Shown: piece by piece, positions 57,997 to 64,000 of the stretch
Layout of the letters: each line of letters opens with the position of its first letter
Position numbering within the stretch: position 1 is the stretch's first letter
Assembly: GCA_028279245.1 (NCBI GenBank)
Contig: JANQOE010000039.1
Coordinates: 66,916 to 130,915, forward strand
DNA: 64,000 nucleotides
From: Alphaproteobacteria bacterium
Lineage (GTDB): Bacteria; Pseudomonadota; Alphaproteobacteria; UBA6615
Reading direction: 5' to 3'
Position numbers and translations under genes: made by a program
The notes under the pieces: model-generated
Seen by the model: the letters and a program-made list of their open reading frames with translations, nothing else
Database searches by the model: none
What the model was told of the DNA's origin: nothing

Positions 57997-59334
57997 ATGC
58001 TTCATCAGAACGCCCCGCAAGCGGTCTCGCGGACAAACAGCTTGGCCGCGCTAGAGCGCGCCCGTCAGAGCGTCGCCGGCGGCGACAGTAGCACCATGCG
58101 CGTCCTGCCCTATCACCCCGCCATCGTCGCGGAGCGGGGTGAGGGTCCATGGGTGTTTGACGTCGATGGTAACCGCTACCTCGACATGAACATGGCCTAC
58201 GGGCCACTTTTTTTTGGCCATCGCCCGGACTTTGTCATCGAACGGATCGTGGAACAGCTCCGCGAACGCGGGTCCCAACTTGGTTTTCCGACCGAGCTCA
58301 ATGCCCGGGTCGCAGAAAAGCTGAGGCAACTCATCCCGTCGATGCAGCGCATGCGCTTCGCCAACTCCGGCACCGAGGCCATAGCCTCGGCCGTGCGCGT
58401 CGCCAGACACAACACCGGCCGCAATCGCATTGTACTCTTTGAAGGCCACTATCACGGTTGGTCGGAATCGGTCTTCCACCGCTACCACGCACCGTTGACG
58501 GAACTGGGGGCCAAACCTGGATATCAGGCGCTGAGGGGCACCAGCGGCATGAGCAAGGCCCTTGAAGACGCCGTCATGTGCCCCTGGAACGACGCGTCAG
58601 CTCTGGAACGCGTACTCGACCGCAACCGCGGCCACATCGCTGCCGTTCTAATGGAGCCGGTCATGGGCAACGGCGGCACGATCCCGCCGAAACCCAACTA
58701 CCTGAACGCTGTCCGCGCACTCTGCGACGACCATGCCTGTCACCTCATCTTCGACGAGGTCATGACCGGTATGCGGGTTGCCAAAGGCGGGGCCCAAGAA
58801 CGCTTCGCCGTGGTCCCGGACCTGACGGTGGTGTCGAAAGTCCTAGGGGGCGGCGTGCCCATCGCCGCTTTTGGTGGCTCCGGCGACACCATGGCCTGCA
58901 TCGCCAATGGCGAGGTGTTTCACGGCGGCGTCTACTCCAGCAACGCGATGGTGCTAGCCGCCGCCGAGGCGGTGTTGGACCGTATCCTCGAGCATGCGGA
59001 CGAAATCTACCCCGAAATCGAGGCAAACGTCGCCTATTTGGCTGAAGGCTTGATGACGATTCTGCGCAACCGACAAGTGGCCCATTGTGTCCAACATGTC
59101 GGGGCCATGCTTTCCATGTTCCTCACCTCCGATCACGTCGAAAGCCTGGACGACTACCGCGCGGTCCGCCGCCATGGCGACTTTGAAAAATACAAACGTC
59201 TTGAACATGCGCTGGCTGATGCCGGCGTCTACATCCATCCCAACATGTTCGAACCGCTGTTTCCCAGCGTCTGCCACGGGCGCGAAGAGATGGACTTTAT
59301 CCTCAACCAGGTTGAGGATTGTATCGCGGCCTAG
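57997..59334 (+). CDS. Class III PLP aminotransferase (glutamate-1-semialdehyde aminomutase-like)
   Basis: ORF 57934..59334; start moved to ATG 57997 because first 21 codons lie in AT-rich non-coding-looking DNA; ...RFANSGTEAIASAVRVAR... and ...GGGVPIAAFGG... Confidence 0.8.
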   Translation: MLHQNAPQAVSRTNSLAALERARQSVAGGDSSTMRVLPYHPAIVAERGEGPWVFDVDGNRYLDMNMAYGPLFFGHRPDFVIERIVEQLRERGSQLGFPTELNARVAEKLRQLIPSMQRMRFANSGTEAIASAVRVARHNTGRNRIVLFEGHYHGWSESVFHRYHAPLTELGAKPGYQALRGTSGMSKALEDAVMCPWNDASALERVLDRNRGHIAAVLMEPVMGNGGTIPPKPNYLNAVRALCDDHACHLIFDEVMTGMRVAKGGAQERFAVVPDLTVVSKVLGGGVPIAAFGGSGDTMACIANGEVFHGGVYSSNAMVLAAAEAVLDRILEHADEIYPEIEANVAYLAEGLMTILRNRQVAHCVQHVGAMLSMFLTSDHVESLDDYRAVRRHGDFEKYKRLEHALADAGVYIHPNMFEPLFPSVCHGREEMDFILNQVEDCIAA

Positions 59335-59337
59335 GGC

Positions 59338-60024
59338 CTAGAAGAGTTCTGCTTGACCGGCCAGCGGAGCTGCGTCCGCCGGCGCGATGCAAGCCGCGTC
59401 GTCATGTTTCACGCTGTTTACCCGGCTACTCACCGTGGTGACGTGCATCCTGTCCGCCGAAAACGGATGCAGCAGAGCGGCGGTCGGATCGGCCAGCCAT
59501 GTCCCATAATCGGTCGGATCGAGGATCACCGGCATCCGGTCATGGACCTCGGCAACCAAATCATTCGCGTCGGTGGTGATGATTGTACAGCTTCTGACGA
59601 CCTGATCGTCGGGGCCCTTCCAGCGCTCCCATAACCCGGCAAAAGCAAACGGGCCGCCACCGGCAAGCGTATACCGGTGCGGCAGCTGCTTGCCGTCGGG
59701 CTGCTTGCACCACTCATAGAAGCCATCGGCGACCACCAGACATCGGCGCCGCTGATAGGCCTCTTTGAATGCCCCTTGGGTGGCGACAGTCTCGGCCCGC
59801 GCATTGATCATCCGTGCGCCAATCTTCAGGTCTTTCGCCCAGAACGGAACGAGACCCCACCGCACGAGCCGCAGCTCCCGCCGGCCATCCCGGTTCAACC
59901 GCACGATCGGCACATCGTCCGTTGGCGCGATGTTGTACCGAGGCCGAAGGTTTGGCCGCTGCTCGACCAGGAACAGGTCGACCAAGGCATCGACGGGCGT
60001 TGTCAGGCTATAGCGGCCGCACAT
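59338..60024 (-). CDS. SOS response-associated peptidase (SRAP/YedK, abasic-site DNA-protein crosslink family)
   Basis: ORF 59338..60060; true start MCGRYSL (catalytic Cys2) at ~60024. Confidence 0.8.
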   Translation of the reverse strand: MCGRYSLTTPVDALVDLFLVEQRPNLRPRYNIAPTDDVPIVRLNRDGRRELRLVRWGLVPFWAKDLKIGARMINARAETVATQGAFKEAYQRRRCLVVADGFYEWCKQPDGKQLPHRYTLAGGGPFAFAGLWERWKGPDDQVVRSCTIITTDANDLVAEVHDRMPVILDPTDYGTWLADPTAALLHPFSADRMHVTTVSSRVNSVKHDDAACIAPADAAPLAGQAELF

Positions 60025-60082
60025 GCTCGAAACTCTGCCATGCCGCCGGCCGGCCGCCAACCGCCCCGCTCAACCTTCGAGC

Positions 60083-62758
60083 CTAGCCTTCGAGCTCCAG
60101 CTCGATTTCGAAGACACCACCTTCGCCGGTTCTCTTATCGAAACCGAGCCGGTCCGCCAGGCGCAACATACGGGTATTGTCTGACAAGACCTGGCCGACC
60201 ATTCGCCGCGTCCCGCGCGCGCGGCAGTACCGCACAATCTTCTCCATCAAATTGCGGCCCAGTCCAATCCCGGCGGCATCCGCACTGACGACGATGGCAA
60301 ACTCGGCCGCTGCATTGTTTGGATCGGTCACGGCCCGCACCACGCCGATCGTCTCGCGTTCACCCTCCCGAGTCTCCGTCGCGACAAAGGCCATTTCTCG
60401 GTCGTAGTCGATCTGAGTGAAGCGCGCCATCTGCGAGTGGGGAAACTCCCGCACCTGTCCGAAGAACCGAAAACGAATGTCCTCGGGACGCAGGGCAGAC
60501 AGAAAACGATGGTGCGCCGGCTCATCCTCCGGCCGGATCGGCCGCAGCAGGATCTCCCGGTCATCAAGCTCTATCCACTCCTCTAGCTCCTGCGGATAGG
60601 GCCTGATCGCCAATCGTTCCGGACCGGCGACGCTCGTCGCGGCCACCCGAATACGGGCATCAAGCGCCACCACACCCACCTGGTCCGCCAGCAGCGGATT
60701 GACGTCGATCTCCAGTACCTCCGGAATGTCGGTCACCAGTTGCGCCACCTTCACCAGGGTCAGCGCGATCGCATCAAGGTCGGCGGCAGGGCGGTCCCGG
60801 TAGCCCGCGAGCAGTTTCGCGACGCGAGTCCGCTCGATCAGTTCCCGGGCGAGCTTGATGTTCAGCGGTGGCAACGCCACCGCTTTGTCAGCGATGACTT
60901 CCACACCCGTGCCACCCTGCCCGAACAGTATCACCGGGCCGAAGATCGGGTCTTCAACCGCGCCAACGATCAGCTCGTGTGCACCCGGCCGGCGCGCCAT
61001 TTTCTGAACCGTGAAGCCGGTCAACTTGGCATCCGGATTGAACTTGTGCAGACGCGCCGCCATCGCCTCAGCCGCCTGCACGGCAGCATCGCCATCCGCC
61101 AGGTCCAGCGCGACGCCACCGACGTCCGATTTATGGGTCACATCGGGCGATAGGATCTTGATGGCCACCGGATAGCCGATCCGATCCGCCACTGCCGCCG
61201 CGTCCGCGGCGTTCTTGACGATCCTAGTCTCGACGACCGGAATGCCATAGGCGGCAAGCACCGCCTTTGACTCTGGTTCCGTCAGTATGTCGCGCTCCGC
61301 GGCGATCGCACCTTCGATAACGAGCTGCGCGGTGGTTCGCACCGGCTCGAAATCGCTCGGGATCGACGGCGGCATTTCTAGGAGTTGCCGCTGGTTACGG
61401 CTATAGGCGACGATATGCATGAAGCCCCGCACCGCCTGCTCCGGCGTCGGATAGGTCGGCACGCCGGCCTCAGCAAAGAGCTGCCGCGCTGGTTCCACCG
61501 TCGCACCGCCCATCCAACTCGTCAGAATGTCCGCGTCTTCCCGCCGATCTGCGGCGGCGGCCAGGATCGAACGCGCGACTTCGGTCGGGTCAGCCATCGC
61601 CGTCGGTGCGTGCAGCACCAGGATCGCATCGATCCCCGGATCATCCAGCAGAATCCGCAGCGCCTCCGCATAGCGCTCACCGGTCGCGTCCCCAATGATG
61701 TCGATCGGATTTCCACGCGACCAGTTACCCGGGAGCACCGCGCTGAGGCGTTCGATCGTCTGCGCCGTCAACGCGGCCAATTGGCCGCCGTCGGCTATAA
61801 GCGCGTCCGTGGCAATGACACCCGGCCCCCCACCATTCGTCAGAATGGCCATGCGCTCGCCCTTCAGAGAGCGCAAGTGGGCGAGGGTCTCGACCGCATC
61901 GAACATCTCGTCCGTGTCGAGCACCCGCAGCATCCCCGCCCGACGGAAGGCGGTGTCGTAGACATCGTCAGCGCCGGCGAGCGCACCGGTATGCGACGCC
62001 GCCGCCCGCGCCCCCTCCTCGACCCGCCCCGACTTGATGACGATGACCGGTTTGTTCCGCGCCGCACCACGCGCCGCCGACATAAACTTCCGCGCTTCGG
62101 TGATCGACTCCACGTACAACAAGACGGCGCGGGCCTCCGGTACACCACCCAGATAGTCGAGGATGTCGCCAAAATCCGCGTCGGCGCTGTCACCCAACGA
62201 GACGAAGTGGGAGAAGCCGATTCCCTTGGTCCGCGCCCAGTCCAACAACGCGGTGCAGAGTGCCCCCGACTGATGGATGAATGCGAGGTGACCCGGTAGC
62301 GCCGCCACGTGGGCGAAGCTGGCATTGAGCCCAATCCCCGGCACCAGCAGGCCCAGGCAATTCGGGCCAAGCAACCGCAACATGTGTGGCCGCGCCGCCT
62401 CAAGCATAGCCTGGCGAATGCTCACGCCAGGTTCATGCTCAGCATCCGTCCCGGCGGAGAGCACAATCGCCGCCCGCGTCCCCCGCTCGCCAAGCCCCCC
62501 GATGATCTCCGGCAAGGTCGGCGCCGGCGTGCACAACACAGCCAGATCAGGCGTTATCGGCAACGAAGCCACGTCCGGATAGGCCAACACACCCGCCACC
62601 GCCTCGTACTTTGGGTTAACCGGCATCACGGGCCCAGCAAACCCGCCCGCCAACAGATTCCGCATGACCGCCCCACCGACACTGGGCAAACGGTTAGACG
62701 CCCCAATAACCGCCACCCCGCGCGGCTCGAACATGTGATTCAGATTGCGCACAGTCAT
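60083..62758 (-). CDS. Bifunctional NDP-forming acyl-CoA synthetase (alpha+beta domains) / GNAT acetyltransferase (Pat-like protein lysine acetyltransferase)
   Basis: 891 aa; N-terminal CoA-binding ...GVAVIGASNRLPSVGG..., ATP-grasp middle, C-terminal GNAT ...GIGLGRNLMEKIVRYCRARGTRRMVGQVL. Confidence 0.85.
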   Translation of the reverse strand: MTVRNLNHMFEPRGVAVIGASNRLPSVGGAVMRNLLAGGFAGPVMPVNPKYEAVAGVLAYPDVASLPITPDLAVLCTPAPTLPEIIGGLGERGTRAAIVLSAGTDAEHEPGVSIRQAMLEAARPHMLRLLGPNCLGLLVPGIGLNASFAHVAALPGHLAFIHQSGALCTALLDWARTKGIGFSHFVSLGDSADADFGDILDYLGGVPEARAVLLYVESITEARKFMSAARGAARNKPVIVIKSGRVEEGARAAASHTGALAGADDVYDTAFRRAGMLRVLDTDEMFDAVETLAHLRSLKGERMAILTNGGGPGVIATDALIADGGQLAALTAQTIERLSAVLPGNWSRGNPIDIIGDATGERYAEALRILLDDPGIDAILVLHAPTAMADPTEVARSILAAAADRREDADILTSWMGGATVEPARQLFAEAGVPTYPTPEQAVRGFMHIVAYSRNQRQLLEMPPSIPSDFEPVRTTAQLVIEGAIAAERDILTEPESKAVLAAYGIPVVETRIVKNAADAAAVADRIGYPVAIKILSPDVTHKSDVGGVALDLADGDAAVQAAEAMAARLHKFNPDAKLTGFTVQKMARRPGAHELIVGAVEDPIFGPVILFGQGGTGVEVIADKAVALPPLNIKLARELIERTRVAKLLAGYRDRPAADLDAIALTLVKVAQLVTDIPEVLEIDVNPLLADQVGVVALDARIRVAATSVAGPERLAIRPYPQELEEWIELDDREILLRPIRPEDEPAHHRFLSALRPEDIRFRFFGQVREFPHSQMARFTQIDYDREMAFVATETREGERETIGVVRAVTDPNNAAAEFAIVVSADAAGIGLGRNLMEKIVRYCRARGTRRMVGQVLSDNTRMLRLADRLGFDKRTGEGGVFEIELELEG

Positions 62759-62995
62759 CCGACTGACCTCTGGCTGAGTAGGCTCAAGCTAAGGCGTCAT
62801 ATGCCGGACCAGCGTCCGACCCGACGTTGATCTAACCCACTGTCCGCAACATTGGCAGGAACGGTCGGGGTATGTCCGTACTTTTTCGCCGCCCTAACCA
62901 GCTAACAGGCGCTCCATAGGAGCCGGAGCTTGTCAGAAACACACCCGTATGATGATCGGCTTCACAGGCATATCGGTGCGACGTAAGTGAAAGTC

Positions 62996-64000
62996 TTTGG
63001 TAGAACCGACCCCGGAACAAAAGTCCTCATAGCCGGCCTCTCGACAAACGGCGCGGCCCTCCTTCGTCGGTTGTCCCGCCAGGGTTACAAGGTCTGCGGC
63101 CTAACGCACAACCCAGAGGCGCTTGGCATGCGGTCCCGCCACGGGACCAAAGTCATTTGTGCCAGCCCAAGCGCAGACCTCGACGCATTTGCCGCCGACC
63201 TACGCAAGATCGCCTCTTTCTGTCGCGAGGAACCTTTCATCCTGCCGGTCTCGGATGATTACGTCGTCGCCCTCGACAAGTTGGCACCGTCTCTCAAGGG
63301 CATTGTGCGCTGCCATGGGTTCGGCAGCGGCTTACGAACTCGCCTCACCTCGAAGCGTCACACCTTTGCCCTCGCGGACAAAATGGACTTCCCGCGTCCG
63401 GCCACAATCTTCATCGAAAATGCGAACCAACTGCGGGCATTGTGGGACCGGGTCAACGGACCCGTCCTGATCAAGCCGGAGTTTTCCTTGGACTGGCGCA
63501 CCCCAAAGGCCAAGGAGAAGATCGACGCCAAGGCCATCACCGCGAACTCCCGCGACGAACTGGTTTCGCTGTATGAGTGGTTGCGGCCAATTGCGCCGCG
63601 GCTCATGGCGCAAGAGGTCATCCCAGGCCCGGACGCCAACCTGATCTATTGGGCCGGATTTGTTGGCGCCGATGGGCGTGTTCGCGGGCGTGTTGTCGGA
63701 CGCAAATTGCGTGTCTACCCGATCCATCTGGGGTCCGCATGTTTCGTGCAGATGGTCGACATGCCGGAAGTGGAACGCCACTGCGAAGACTTCCTATCGA
63801 AGATCGGCTATCGCGGGATTTGCGGCATCGAACTCAAGATTGACCCTCGCGACAATGTCGGCAAGCTCATTGAGGTCAATGCCCGTTTCGGCCTATGGGA
63901 CGACATTGGCGTACCCGCCGGCGTCGACATCGCGGAGGAGGCCATTCTGTCCGCCTTCGGCCAGGAAACGGCGCCGCACCGGCCGCGGCACTTCCGCCAA
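62996..64000 (+). CDS. ATP-grasp domain protein (3'-truncated by window edge), probable TTG start
   Basis: Open frame from stop at 62987 to window end not in ORF track (no stop); ...GPVLIKPEFSLDWRTPKAKEKI...GICGIELKIDPRDNVGKLIEVNARFG... ATP-grasp motifs; only start-like codon is TTG ~62996. Confidence 0.45.

Noticed and set aside
62986-63003. GTG at 62986 as start of the ATP-grasp gene
   Set aside because: That frame hits TAG after 5 codons; the ATP-grasp frame is +1 relative to it and begins after a TGA at 62987, leaving TTG 62996 as the only candidate start.

Overview
This is a 64-kb, high-GC (about 64-65%) chromosomal segment whose gene content looks alphaproteobacterial. Its high-GC, alphaproteobacterial character is suggested by an ExoP/Wzc-type exopolysaccharide (EPS) locus, TRAP and ABC transporters, a glnB-glnA pair with a sigma54-type promoter, and many PAS histidine kinases. 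The window is densely coding and can be read as nine blocks.

- **Block 1 (1-8050):** a partial universal stress protein, an unlisted small Cys4 zinc-ribbon ORF, and a LacI-regulated sugar ABC-uptake operon with a perfect TGTAATCGATTACA operator, followed by a xylose-isomerase-fold enzyme and a Gfo/Idh/MocA oxidoreductase.
- **Block 2 (8673-10037):** trehalose-6-phosphate synthase (otsA).
- **Block 3 (10659-21821):** a polysaccharide locus with GT4, a membrane-anchored GT26, a Wzc/ExoP tyrosine autokinase and a GT2. It also holds a complete CDP-hexose pathway (rfbF, rfbG, a TylC3-like C-methyltransferase, an RmlC-like epimerase, a reductase and a CmcI-like O-methyltransferase).
- **Block 4 (21954-28867):** two PAS histidine kinases flanking a DltB(MBOAT)/DltC-like carrier protein/DltD-AlgJ-like trio that lacks any DltA-type ligase. 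This is the most unusual module in the window.
- **Block 5 (28939-34467):** TRAP dctPQM, a BASS-like transporter and a third REC-PAS kinase.
- **Block 6 (35004-47248):** a roughly 12-kb segment bounded by a diverged 54-nt 3' fragment of tRNA-His and an intact tRNA-His, consistent with an old, integrase-less genomic island. It carries a Dpp-like ABC importer, an FAD oxidoreductase, a TauD dioxygenase, two GntR regulators, an inverted 65-bp duplication and three decayed gene fragments.
- **Block 7 (47466-49204):** a small lipoprotein and an ECF sigma/anti-sigma pair.
- **Block 8 (49201-55858):** divergent aminotransferases and an RND efflux pump.
- **Block 9 (56044-64000):** glnB-glnA with tandem terminators, a class III aminotransferase, an SRAP peptidase, a Pat-like NDP-forming acyl-CoA synthetase/GNAT protein and a partial ATP-grasp gene.

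No CRISPR array, transposase, integrase or recognisable defence system was seen. All calls rest on reading the translations and sequence by eye. Coordinates I derived by hand counting (features not in the ORF track, and refined starts) may be off by 1-2 nt.
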